Positions 24,554-34,515 of a stretch of 34,553 bases of DNA are shown piece by piece (position 1 is the first letter of the stretch; each line of letters starts with the position of its first letter). The notes under the pieces are model-generated. The model was given only the letters and a program-made list of their open reading frames with translations. It ran no database searches and was not told where the DNA came from. The position numbers were made by a program, and so were the translations under genes. Where the stretch lies: NCBI GenBank assembly GCA_964522985.1, contig CAZFXX010000004.1, forward strand, positions 1 to 34,553, read 5' to 3'. Origin of the DNA: an uncultured Desulfobacteraceae bacterium (GTDB lineage: Bacteria > Desulfobacterota > Desulfobacteria > Desulfobacterales > 4572-123).

Positions 24554-25771
24554 ATGAGTCTGATCGTTCAAAAATTCGGCGGCACGTCGGTGGTTGATAT
24601 TGAACGGATAAAAAATGTTGCCCGACGGGTGACAACCGTTTTTGATCAGGATAACGATGTCGTGGTCATCCTTTCAGCCATGGCCGGTGTTACCGATAAC
24701 CTTATCAAGCTTGCCGGCCAGGCGTCTGCCGCTCCCAGTAAACGAGAACTGGATGTTCTGCTGGCGACGGGTGAACAAACGACCGCGGCCCTGCTGGCCA
24801 TGATACTCAAGGACATGCATTATCCAGCTCAATCCCTGCTGGGGTACCAGGCAGAGGTTGTTACCGACGGGACTTTCGGCAATGCCCGGATTCTCGGTGT
24901 TGGAACCAGACGTATCAAAGAGATGGTGGCTAAAAAAAAGATAGCGGTTGTGGCGGGTTTCCAGGGCTGCGATCCTAAAGGCAATATTACAACGCTTGGG
25001 CGCGGCGGTTCCGATACTTCGGCCGTTGCCATTGCATCGGCACTGAATGCCGACATGTGCGAAATCTACACTGATGTCGACGGGATCTATACAACCGATC
25101 CGAATATATGTGCCAGGGCCAGAAAAATTGATAAAATATGTTATGAAGAAATGCTTGAAATGGCAAGTCTGGGCGCCAAGGTCCTCCAGATCCGGTCTGT
25201 TGAAGTGGCAAAAAAATACAACGTCCATGTGCATGTCAGGTCATCTTTCAGCGATGAGGAAGGAACAATGGTTGTCAGTGAAGATTCCGGAATGGAGCGG
25301 CTGGTTGTCTCCGGCATAACCTGCAATAATAACGAAGCCCGTATCACTCTTCGAAAAGTTCCGGACCGGCCGGGCATTGCCGCTTCCATTTTTACCCCGA
25401 TTGCAGATGCAGGTATTCAGGTTGATATGATCGTTCAAAATACGCGTTCGAACGGGAAAAACGACCTGACCTTCACGGTTCCTGTTGAAAATTTTGATAT
25501 GGCTTTGGAAATCGGCAATAAGGTTGCCGCGGAAATAGGGGCCGAGGAGGTTCTGGGTGACAAAAATATTGCCAAAGTATCGGTGGTCGGTGTCGGAATG
25601 AAGAACCACTCCGGGGTGGCTGCGAAAATGTTTGGAACGCTGGCGGCGGAAAATATTAATATCCGGTTGATCACGACGTCTGAAATCAGAATTTCCTGCG
25701 TGGTTACGGAAAAGTATGCCGAACTGGCGGTCCGAGCGCTGCATACGGCTTTCGGCCTTGACAAAGAATAG
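24554..25771 (+). CDS. lysC: aspartate kinase (monofunctional class, with C-terminal ACT domains)
   Basis: I trimmed ORF-track frame 24470 to the ATG at 24554 (AAGGA SD), giving MSLIVQKFGGTSV. It has LGRGGSDTSAVA, DVDGIYTTDP, and tandem ACT-like regions at the C-terminus. Confidence 0.9.
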   Translation: MSLIVQKFGGTSVVDIERIKNVARRVTTVFDQDNDVVVILSAMAGVTDNLIKLAGQASAAPSKRELDVLLATGEQTTAALLAMILKDMHYPAQSLLGYQAEVVTDGTFGNARILGVGTRRIKEMVAKKKIAVVAGFQGCDPKGNITTLGRGGSDTSAVAIASALNADMCEIYTDVDGIYTTDPNICARARKIDKICYEEMLEMASLGAKVLQIRSVEVAKKYNVHVHVRSSFSDEEGTMVVSEDSGMERLVVSGITCNNNEARITLRKVPDRPGIAASIFTPIADAGIQVDMIVQNTRSNGKNDLTFTVPVENFDMALEIGNKVAAEIGAEEVLGDKNIAKVSVVGVGMKNHSGVAAKMFGTLAAENINIRLITTSEIRISCVVTEKYAELAVRALHTAFGLDKE

Positions 25772-25908
25772 CCCCCATGAAAAGTTTTAAACAGGACCAG
25801 TTGCTGTTTGTTCTGGTACTTGCTGTATGTATCCTGATGTTTATTTGCGGCCGGTATTTTTTTGGTTTTTAAAAATTGCCGGCCCTACCCCGAAGGGCTA
25901 TACTTTAG

Positions 25909-25949
25909 TATCTAAATTCTGAAATTCTTGTTTTTTATGTCAAAAAAAT
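25909..25949. repeat. 41-bp intergenic repeat, copy 1 (TATCTAAATTCTGAAATTCTTGTTTTTTATGTCAAAAAAAT)
   Basis: It matches 27931-27971 at 36 of 41 positions in the same orientation. On the minus strand it contains TTGACATAAAAAAC. Confidence 0.8.
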
Positions 25950-25971
25950 AGAGCATGAGGTGGCTGGTATA

Positions 25972-26075
25972 ATTGAAAAGTGAATAGTGAAAAATGAATA
26001 ATGACGGAATGCTATCGATTTTAATAAAAGATAGAGCGAAGCGATACCACAAGTTTTCAGTTCTCACTTTTCAAT
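25972..26075 (-). repeat. MITE-like element with terminal inverted repeats, copy A (about 104 bp)
   Basis: It is bounded by perfect 12-bp terminal inverted repeats: ATTGAAAAGTGA at 25972-25983 and TCACTTTTCAAT at 26064-26075. The ends consist of about 7-bp periodic (G/T)TGAA(A/T)A units. The internal core GATAGAGCGAAGCGATACCACAA is homologous to the reverse complement of 34447-34470. It lies 43 nt past the pyrF stop. Confidence 0.7.
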
Positions 26076-26117
26076 ATTCAATTTGGCTCTGGCTTTGCCA
26101 GGTTAGGCTATCGTCAA

Positions 26118-26861
26118 TTATAATGCGTCTTCAATCTCCAGGGCGATCTTTTCGGCAGCCCGGCAGGGATCGCCGGCATCCCGGATGGGCCTCCCGATCA
26201 CAAGATAGTCGGCGCCGTTTTGAACCGCCTCGGCCGGTGTTGTAATTCTACGCTGGTCATCCAGGCTGGAAGCTTTGAATAGCGGCCGGATGCCGGGTGT
26301 TACCGCTAAAAATTTTTTACCCAGATGTTGCTTGATTGTTTTAACTTCAAGTCCTGAACAGACGATGCCGGTGCAGCCGGCGGATTTGGCCATGGCTGCC
26401 CTTTTCATCACCAGGGCGGAGAGGGTATCGGAAAATTCCCGCCGGAATCCGGCTTTTCGAATATCATCGCTGTCCACGCTGGTTAAAACCGTTACCCCCA
26501 GAACACCGACCCGGCCGCGGCTGGCCTTGACGGCCGCTTCCAGCATATCGGCGTTTTCCCCGCAGTGAACCGTGGCCAGATCAACATTCAGCTCGGCAAT
26601 ACTTTCCATAGCCCGGGATACGGTGACCGGGATATCGTGCAGTTTCAGATCCAGAAAAATCCCGGCCCTGCCGCTATCCCGAATCAGGCGTATCAGCTCC
26701 GGGCCGGAGCGGATAAAAAGCTCCAGCCCCACCTTGAACATCCCCACATAATCACCCAGCAGCTCCACATAGTACCGGGCCTGTTCCACCGAAGGCACAT
26801 CCAGGGGAAAGATGATGGCGTCTTTGCCTTTTTTATTTTTTATTTTCGGTATGTTGTCCAT
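26118..26861 (-). CDS. pyrF: orotidine 5'-phosphate decarboxylase
   Basis: [28 protein letters not shown] and C-terminal DYLVIGRPI are canonical PyrF motifs. The start overlaps the rfbB stop by 29 nt. Confidence 0.9.
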   Translation of the reverse strand: MDNIPKIKNKKGKDAIIFPLDVPSVEQARYYVELLGDYVGMFKVGLELFIRSGPELIRLIRDSGRAGIFLDLKLHDIPVTVSRAMESIAELNVDLATVHCGENADMLEAAVKASRGRVGVLGVTVLTSVDSDDIRKAGFRREFSDTLSALVMKRAAMAKSAGCTGIVCSGLEVKTIKQHLGKKFLAVTPGIRPLFKASSLDDQRRITTPAEAVQNGADYLVIGRPIRDAGDPCRAAEKIALEIEDAL

Positions 26862-27903
26862 AGTGTTCCTCGATCCATGTCATATATTCCCCACTTTTGA
26901 TCCGTGCGGCCCATCTTTGGTTATCCAGATACCACTGAATGGTTTTTTTGATGCCGCTGGCAAAGGATTCCATGGGCACCCATCCCAACGCCGTTTCGAT
27001 TTTGCTGCAATCGATGGCATACCGCAAATCGTGTCCCGGCCGATCCTTTACAAATGTAATCAGCTTCCTGCGAGGTCCGATATCGGTATCAGGGGTGATA
27101 TCGTCCAGGTAATCGCAAATAATTTTTACCACATCAATATTGAATTTTTCGCACCGGCCGCCGATATTATAGGTTTCTCCCCGGGTTCCGTGGCACATGA
27201 TCTGCCATATGGCCCTGCAGTGATCCATGACATAGAGCCAGTCCCTGACATTTCGGCCGTCACCGTACACCGGCAAAGCCTTTCCTTCAAGGGCATTAAA
27301 GGTTACAAGGGGTATCAATTTTTCAGGAAACTGGTAGGGCCCGTAATTATTGGAACAGTTTGAAATGGTTACCGGGAGACCGTAGGTACGGCTGTAAGCT
27401 TTTACAAGATGATCCGAAGCGGCTTTGGATGCTGAATAGGGGCTGCTGGGGTCATAGGGTGTATGCTCTGTGAAAAAACCTGTTTCTCCAAGACTGCCGT
27501 AGACTTCATCCGTGCTGACATGGTGAAAAAGTTCCATCCGGTCCTGATTTTTCCGGGCCAGTTCCAGCAGATTAAATGTCCCTGTAATGTTGGTCTGGAT
27601 AAAGGCGTCGGGCGTCACGATGGACCTGTCCACATGTGATTCGGCAGCCAAGTGGCATATCGTGTCAATTTTGTAGGTCTGAAAAATTTCATCCAGTATT
27701 TCCGGTTCGCAGATGTCTGCTCTGATAAAAGTATACCGATCTGGAAAATTCGCTGCTGTGCTGGCAAGATTTTCAATATTACCGGCATATGTCAGGTTGT
27801 CCAGATTAATTATTTTTCCTGAAAAATCAGATACTTCCAGAAGGAATCGGATAAAGTTGGATCCGATAAATCCGCAGCCGCCCGTAACCAGCATGTTTTC
27901 CAT
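26833..27903 (-). CDS. rfbB: dTDP-glucose 4,6-dehydratase
   Basis: It has [25 protein letters not shown], the [12 protein letters not shown] catalytic YxxxK, and [11 protein letters not shown], giving a full-length RfbB/RmlB pattern. Confidence 0.9.
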   Translation of the reverse strand: MENMLVTGGCGFIGSNFIRFLLEVSDFSGKIINLDNLTYAGNIENLASTAANFPDRYTFIRADICEPEILDEIFQTYKIDTICHLAAESHVDRSIVTPDAFIQTNITGTFNLLELARKNQDRMELFHHVSTDEVYGSLGETGFFTEHTPYDPSSPYSASKAASDHLVKAYSRTYGLPVTISNCSNNYGPYQFPEKLIPLVTFNALEGKALPVYGDGRNVRDWLYVMDHCRAIWQIMCHGTRGETYNIGGRCEKFNIDVVKIICDYLDDITPDTDIGPRRKLITFVKDRPGHDLRYAIDCSKIETALGWVPMESFASGIKKTIQWYLDNQRWAARIKSGEYMTWIEEHYGQHTENKK

Positions 27904-27930
27904 AATGCACTCCCTGTTACTCGATTGTAA

Positions 27931-27971
27931 TATCTAAATTTTGAAATTTGCGTTTTTTATGTCAACAAAAA
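27931..27971. repeat. 41-bp intergenic repeat, copy 2; also a possible rfbB promoter region
   Basis: It fills the right-hand 41 bp of the 68-bp leuB-stop to rfbB-start spacer. Its minus strand reads TTGACATAAAAAACGCAAATTTCAAAATTTAGATA, with a good -35 box but only weak -10 candidates. Confidence 0.75.
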
Positions 27972-29057
<1,086 letters not shown>

Positions 29058-29081
29058 TTAAAATTCCCCGTAATCGTTCAC

Positions 29082-29099
29082 CACATCGCACACATCGCA
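29082..29099. repeat. tandem 9-mer CACATCGCA x2 in the leuB 5' leader region
   Basis: The copies are at 29082-29090 and 29091-29099, 28 nt upstream of the leuB ATG on the opposite strand. On the leuB strand they read GTGCGATGT GTGCGATGT GGTGAACG. Confidence 0.8.
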
Positions 29100-29415
29100 C
29101 TATTTTATTTTAATCAGGATTAAATAACATGAGTTTAAAGGGGTTTTCAAGAGACTTCTTTTTTATTCCCGGGGGCAACTGCATTTAAAAAAATATCCTG
29201 AAACATGCCCTCTATTAAATGACAGTCGCTTGCAAAACAGTTCCCATCCGGGTATAAAAAAATGACATCCTTTATCTGCCGGATCATACTATGAATTTTT
29301 TTTAACCTGTTCCACGATGCTGAAACTTGAAATCAGATGGTGTCCATCCGGCAATATAAAATAATCAAAGCGCAAGCTACTTCTGGTTTATCATAAAGGA
29401 TGCCAAAAGCTGCCT

Positions 29416-31053
29416 ATGAATCTTAATGATTTAAAACAGAATTGGGACCTTATCGTTATCGGGGGCGGAATTACCGGGGCTGGAATTCTACGTGAAGCCG
29501 TTCGTCTGGGACTGAACCCGCTGCTGCTTGAGCAAAATGATTTCACATGGGGAACCTCCAGCCGCTCTTCCAAACTGGTCCATGGGGGGCTGCGTTATCT
29601 CGAACAGGGGCGGTTGCTGCTCACCCGGGCATCGGTCATTGAACGCGAACACCTGCTGCAGGACGCGCCCGGTCTGGTTGAACCGCTAAAATTTCTGGTA
29701 CCTGTTTTTTACAACCAAAAACCCAGCAGACTGGCCATGGGAATCGGCCTTGGCCTGTATGATCTGATCGCCTTAAAGCGCAGTCATAAATATTATCAAA
29801 AAGACGCATTTTCGCGCCTTGCCCCCGGGATCAGGCGCATTGGTCTGCTTGGTGGGTACAGCTTTTACGACGCACAGGTCGATGACTGCCGCCTGGTTTT
29901 ACGGCTGCTCGGCGAAGCAGTTGCCGCCGGTGGGACTGCCCTGAACTATACCAGGGCAAGTGCAATACTGCGTGACAACAGCGGAAATATCGCCGGTGTA
30001 AAAATCCGGGACACAGAAAGCGGCATTACCCGCGAATTGACCACCCGGGCCGTCATCAATGCCACCGGTGTCTGGGCCGATCGCCTGCATCCTTCTCCTA
30101 AAAAGAATCTGCATCTGAGGCCGTTGCGTGGCAGTCACCTTGTCTTTCCGAAGACCGTCCTGCCGCTCACGTGCGGCATCAGTTTCAACCACGTGGCAGA
30201 TCACCGCAGTGTCTTTGCCGTTCCCTGGGAAAATGTCGTTCTGGTGGGGACGACAGATATTGATCATGACCAAAACCTTTCTGCCGAACCGGCCATCACC
30301 GTTAAAGAGGCAGCGTATCTTCTGGAAGGAATTCGTTTTCTTTTTTCATTTCGTAGGGCAATCTCCGCGCAGGATTGTATTGCCACCTTTGCGGGTATCA
30401 GGCCGGTGCTCAGTCGCGGGAAAAAACCTGCCTCTGAAGAATCCCGAGAACATGTTGTATGGAAGGACAGGGGCCTTGTTACCGTTACGGGCGGAAAGCT
30501 CACCACCTTTCGCAGACTGGCCTGGGATGCGCTGAAAGCCGTCCGTCCGTTTCTGCCCGAATGCTCTGAAAATAGAGTGCGCATGCCGGCCTTTTCACTG
30601 GTTCCCTGTGCGCCGATTGAAGACCGCGGTCTGTCAAGCGGGACATGGCGACGGCTTTTCGGGCGTTACGGCAATGGTGCCGTCGAGATGGTGCGGCAGG
30701 CGGCGCCCGGTGATCTTAAAACCATTGGTGACACCGCCGTTCTCTGGGCTGAACTGCCGTTTCTGGCAAAACATGAATGGGTGCACCACCTTTCCGACCT
30801 GCTGTTGAGAAGAGTACGTCTCGGATTGTTGACACCCTACGGCGGAAGGCCTTATCTGAAAAGAATTCAAACACTGTGTAAACCAGCCCTGTCCTGGGGT
30901 CCGGAACGTTGGGAAGCGGAAATTCAATCCTATCTTGATCTGTGGCAGCAGGTTCATAAACTGCCGACCGGGCCCTATACGGCGACCTTAAAAACGACAG
31001 GAGCGTCATATCATGTCAAAAAACAATACTTTTCAACCGCGCTGGACAAATGA
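29416..31053 (+). CDS. glpD: FAD-dependent glycerol-3-phosphate dehydrogenase/oxidase (GlpD/GlpO family)
   Basis: It has DLIVIGGGITGAGILREA, GTSSRSSKLVHGGLRYLE and GGKLTTFR, and a length of 545 aa typical of GlpD. Confidence 0.85.
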   Translation: MNLNDLKQNWDLIVIGGGITGAGILREAVRLGLNPLLLEQNDFTWGTSSRSSKLVHGGLRYLEQGRLLLTRASVIEREHLLQDAPGLVEPLKFLVPVFYNQKPSRLAMGIGLGLYDLIALKRSHKYYQKDAFSRLAPGIRRIGLLGGYSFYDAQVDDCRLVLRLLGEAVAAGGTALNYTRASAILRDNSGNIAGVKIRDTESGITRELTTRAVINATGVWADRLHPSPKKNLHLRPLRGSHLVFPKTVLPLTCGISFNHVADHRSVFAVPWENVVLVGTTDIDHDQNLSAEPAITVKEAAYLLEGIRFLFSFRRAISAQDCIATFAGIRPVLSRGKKPASEESREHVVWKDRGLVTVTGGKLTTFRRLAWDALKAVRPFLPECSENRVRMPAFSLVPCAPIEDRGLSSGTWRRLFGRYGNGAVEMVRQAAPGDLKTIGDTAVLWAELPFLAKHEWVHHLSDLLLRRVRLGLLTPYGGRPYLKRIQTLCKPALSWGPERWEAEIQSYLDLWQQVHKLPTGPYTATLKTTGASYHVKKQYFSTALDK

Positions 31054-32731
31054 TCCGCCACCTGCCGGAAGCTATCGCAGTATTTTTAAATGGGGTGATC
31101 CGGCTGTATTCAAGCATCCCAACAAAAGACTCTACCGGCTTATAAAAGAAAAATTTCACCTAACCGATGCGGATTTTGTAAAAAAAAACAACCCGGGGAA
31201 TATGACGGTGGAAAATGTACCGCCAAGCAGCATGACCCGGGAACAGATAGAGGCTCTTGCCGCCATCGTGGGCCCTGAAAACGTGATGTCCGATGATTAT
31301 TCCCGGGTGAAATACGCCAGCGGTAAAACCATGGAAGAGGCCCTTTGCCTGAGAAGCGGAATCAACGACGCACCTGCCGATCTGGTGGTTCATCCCCGCA
31401 CCAGGGAAGATATCCGGTGGGTTGTTGCGTTCTGTACTGCCCGGAAACTGCCCCTGTATGTCTTTGGCGGCGGTAGTTCGGTGAATTTCGGATTCAGGAA
31501 TACAAAGGGCGGGGTTACCATGGTGATGAACACACACATGCACCGTGTACTGGCATTTAGTGAGAAGAATCAGACCATTACCGTGGAACCCGGTATCATG
31601 GGACCTGTTTATGAAAAATTCCTTAATCAGGCCCCGGAAAAATTCAAAGCCGCCGCACGCTATACCGGCGGGCATTTCCCCCAGTCTTTTGAATACTCCA
31701 CTGTGGGCGGCTGGATAGCAGCGCTGGGTTCCGGGCAGGAATCTTCCTGTTATGGTGATATGTACGATATCGTTCTGAGCCAGGAATATGTTACCCCTGC
31801 CGGCACTTTCAAAACCCTTGATTTTCCGGGTACGGCGATGGGCCCCCGGATAAATGATATCATGAAAGGCAGTGAAGGCGCCTTTGGTGTAATGGTGGCC
31901 GCTACCCTTAAAATCTTCCGGTATATGCCGGAAAACAGGCAACAATTCGCCTTTGTGTTTCCTGACTGGAAAAATACGGTGACGGCAGCCCGTGAGATCT
32001 GTCAGGGCCGTTTTGGAATACCGTCGGTTTTCCGGATCTCCGATTCCGAAGAAACCGATGTTGCCTTGAAACTATACGGCATTGAAGGCACGATGATCGA
32101 CACCTTGATGAAATGGCGCGATTTCAAGCCCATGCAGCGCTGTCTTTTCATCGGCAGAGCCGAAGGCGAAAAGGCGTATGCCGCCAATATAAAAAAAAGA
32201 GTCAAAAAAATATGCCGCAGCCACAAAGGCATGTACATTACCGGCTATCCGGTAAATAAGTGGGAAAAAAGCCGTTATCTGGATCCCTACATGCGCGAGG
32301 ATTTGAATGATTTCGGCATTTTGATCGATACCCTGGAATCCGGGGTTACCTGGGATAATTTTCATAATTTACACCGGAAGGTGCGCACTTTTATTAAAGA
32401 GAGGCCTGCCACCATCTGCATGGCCCATGCCTCCCATTTCTACCCCCAGGGAACCAATCTTTATTTTATTTTTATCGCCAAAATGAACGATGTCGAGGAA
32501 TATCGTAAATTTCAAAAAGGGATCATCGACCAGATCCAGAGTGCCGGCGGTTCCCTGAGTCACCATCACGGCATCGGCAAAATGATTGCCCCATGGATGG
32601 AGAAGCACCTGGGTAAACCCCAGATGGACATTCTGCGGGCCTTAAAAAACCATTTTGACCCCGGCAATATCATGAACCCCGGTGGTACCCTGGGGCTTGA
32701 CTTGCCCCAAAAGCCGAAGCAGAGTATATGA
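31013..32731 (+). CDS. FAD-linked oxidase of the alkyl-dihydroxyacetone-phosphate synthase (AGPS)-like subfamily
   Basis: An AGGAG SD precedes the start, and the gene overlaps glpD by 41 nt. An N-terminal extension of about 115 aa (FKWGDP...) precedes the PCMH FAD-binding domain (VVHPRTREDIRWVV....KLPLYVFGGGSSV). The C-terminal LSHHHGIGK....W and HFDPGNIMNPG match the AGPS HHH-loop rather than the GEHGIG of the GlcD/D-LDH type. Confidence 0.75.
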   Translation: MSKNNTFQPRWTNDPPPAGSYRSIFKWGDPAVFKHPNKRLYRLIKEKFHLTDADFVKKNNPGNMTVENVPPSSMTREQIEALAAIVGPENVMSDDYSRVKYASGKTMEEALCLRSGINDAPADLVVHPRTREDIRWVVAFCTARKLPLYVFGGGSSVNFGFRNTKGGVTMVMNTHMHRVLAFSEKNQTITVEPGIMGPVYEKFLNQAPEKFKAAARYTGGHFPQSFEYSTVGGWIAALGSGQESSCYGDMYDIVLSQEYVTPAGTFKTLDFPGTAMGPRINDIMKGSEGAFGVMVAATLKIFRYMPENRQQFAFVFPDWKNTVTAAREICQGRFGIPSVFRISDSEETDVALKLYGIEGTMIDTLMKWRDFKPMQRCLFIGRAEGEKAYAANIKKRVKKICRSHKGMYITGYPVNKWEKSRYLDPYMREDLNDFGILIDTLESGVTWDNFHNLHRKVRTFIKERPATICMAHASHFYPQGTNLYFIFIAKMNDVEEYRKFQKGIIDQIQSAGGSLSHHHGIGKMIAPWMEKHLGKPQMDILRALKNHFDPGNIMNPGGTLGLDLPQKPKQSI

Positions 32732-32769
32732 GTATTGTCCAGTTTTAACGTTTTAAACGGAAAGGTGCC

Positions 32770-34329
32770 ATGAGCGATAAAGATCTTATTCTGGCTATTG
32801 ACAACGGAACCCAGAGCATCAAAGCCCTGGTTTTTGACCTTGAGGGGCAGCTTCTGTCCCGACAGCAGGTCACCTTTACGCCCTATTTTTCAAGGCACCC
32901 GGGCTGGGCCGAACAGGACCCGAATGTTTTCTGGCAGGCCCTGTGTCAGGCTTGCCAGGGACTGTGGAAGAAAAACCCCGGCATGAAAGAACGCCTGGCC
33001 GGCGTTGCCCTGACAACCCAGCGGGGCACAGTGATTAATCTGGATCGTCACGGCAACCCCCTGCGTCCGGCCATTTTATGGCTCGACCAGCGAAAAGCTT
33101 ATGACCAGCCGTCTTTGGGCGGACTGTGGGGTGCCCTTTTCAAGATTGTCCGCCTCGAAAGCACAATTAGCTATCTTCAGCAGGAAGCGGAAATCAACTG
33201 GATCAGGACCTTTCAGCCTGAAATATGGAAAAAAACCGATAAGTACCTGCTGCTCTCGGCGTATCTCACCTATCGTTTGACCGGCGTCTTTACGGATTCC
33301 CTGGGCTGTACGGTGGGCTACCTGCCGTTTGATTACCGGCGGTTTGACTGGGCCCGCAACTGGGACTGGAAATGGAAAGTCCTGCCCATGGATCGCAGTT
33401 TGCTTCCAACGCTTTTACCGCCGGGTCAGCCCCTGGGCGAGATTTCAAGTGCGGCTGCCCGGGCAACCGGTATTCCACAAGGCCTAGTGCTCATCGCCGC
33501 TGCGGCCGACAAAGCCTGCGAAGTACTCGGATGCGGCAGTCTGGCCCCTTCGGTGGGCTGCCTCAGCTACGGCACTACAGCTACCATCAACGTGACGTTT
33601 AAAAAATATGTGGAAGCCATTCCCCTGCTGCCCCCCTATCCTTCGGCCTTGCCCGGATACCACACCCTGGAAGTGCAGATATTCAGAGGGTACTGGATGG
33701 TTAGCTGGTTCAAGGATGAATTCGGCCATGCAGAAGTGGAAAAGGCAACCAAAGAGGGTGTTGCAGTGGAAAAACTGTTCGATCGTCTGGTGGAGGATGT
33801 CCCTCCCGGCTCCATGGGACTGATGCTGCAGCCCTACTGGACCCCAGGCCTCAAACTGCCGGGTCCCGAGGCCAAGGGCGCCATTATTGGATTTGGGGAC
33901 GTCCATACCCGGGCACATCTGTATCGTGCCATTATGGAAGGGCTTGCCTATGCCCTGCGGGAGGGCAAAGAACGGATCGAAAAACGGGCCAAAACAGCCA
34001 TCACCGAACTGCGGGTATCTGGCGGCGGCTCCCAGAGTAACAGTGCCATGCAAATAACCGCCGATATCTTCGGGCTACCCACGGCTCGTCCTCACCTGTA
34101 CGAAACATCCGGGCTGGGGGCGGCCATCGATGCCGCAGTGGGGCTCGGGCTGTATCCCGATTTTAAAACGGCCGTCCACGCCATGACCCACATGGGTGAT
34201 GTCTATGAGCCCGATCATAAAAACCACAGGCTCTATGACGCTCTTTTTAATAAAGTATACAAAAAGATGTACGGCCGGTTGAAACCTTTTTACGACCGTA
34301 TCCGGGAAATTACCGGCTATCCACGTTGA
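32770..34329 (+). CDS. FGGY-family carbohydrate/polyol kinase
   Basis: It has [17 protein letters not shown] at the N-terminus (actin-like ATPase phosphate-1), QRGT, and GGGSQS near the C-terminus. The length of 519 aa is typical of the xylulokinase/glycerol-kinase-like FGGY family. Confidence 0.85.
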   Translation: MSDKDLILAIDNGTQSIKALVFDLEGQLLSRQQVTFTPYFSRHPGWAEQDPNVFWQALCQACQGLWKKNPGMKERLAGVALTTQRGTVINLDRHGNPLRPAILWLDQRKAYDQPSLGGLWGALFKIVRLESTISYLQQEAEINWIRTFQPEIWKKTDKYLLLSAYLTYRLTGVFTDSLGCTVGYLPFDYRRFDWARNWDWKWKVLPMDRSLLPTLLPPGQPLGEISSAAARATGIPQGLVLIAAAADKACEVLGCGSLAPSVGCLSYGTTATINVTFKKYVEAIPLLPPYPSALPGYHTLEVQIFRGYWMVSWFKDEFGHAEVEKATKEGVAVEKLFDRLVEDVPPGSMGLMLQPYWTPGLKLPGPEAKGAIIGFGDVHTRAHLYRAIMEGLAYALREGKERIEKRAKTAITELRVSGGGSQSNSAMQITADIFGLPTARPHLYETSGLGAAIDAAVGLGLYPDFKTAVHAMTHMGDVYEPDHKNHRLYDALFNKVYKKMYGRLKPFYDRIREITGYPR

Positions 34330-34330
34330 T

Positions 34331-34377
34331 ACCGTTCACGGTTTGTCCATACCCCCATGCTTATAATCGTGAACGGT
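34331..34377 (+). other. 10-bp inverted repeat hairpin immediately after the FGGY kinase stop
   Basis: ACCGTTCACG (34331-34340) pairs with CGTGAACGGT (34368-34377) around a 27-nt loop. No T-run follows, so it is not a classical terminator. Confidence 0.5.
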
Positions 34378-34432
34378 TTCATTGCAGGTATTGCTTTTAA
34401 AGGCATTCCTGCTTATCATTGGTGTTGACGAT

Positions 34433-34515
34433 TGAAAATTGAATGTTTGTGGTATCACTCTGCTCTGTCTTTTTATCTATAAAAACGATAAAATGCCTTA
34501 ATTATTCAATTTTCA
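34433..34515 (+). repeat. MITE-like element with terminal inverted repeats, copy B (about 83 bp core, with heptad-like extension to about 34535)
   Basis: The perfect 12-bp terminal inverted repeats are TGAAAATTGAAT at 34433-34444 and ATTCAATTTTCA at 34504-34515. The core TTGTGGTATCACTCTGCTCTGTC...CGATAAAATGCC...TTATTCAATTTTCACTATT aligns by eye at roughly three quarters identity to the reverse complement of copy A. Confidence 0.65.

Noticed and set aside
25777-25872. 31-codon hydrophobic mini-ORF (MKSFKQDQLLFVLVLAVCILMFICGRYFFGF) starting 6 nt after the lysC stop
   Set aside because: It looks like a single TM helix and could be a real micro-protein. It has no Shine-Dalgarno, and I cannot assess conservation from sequence alone, so I do not call it a feature.
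29400-29416. Alternative upstream ATG (29400) for the glpD-like gene next to AAAGGA
   Set aside because: It is out of frame with the ORF (16-nt offset), so 29416 is retained as the start.
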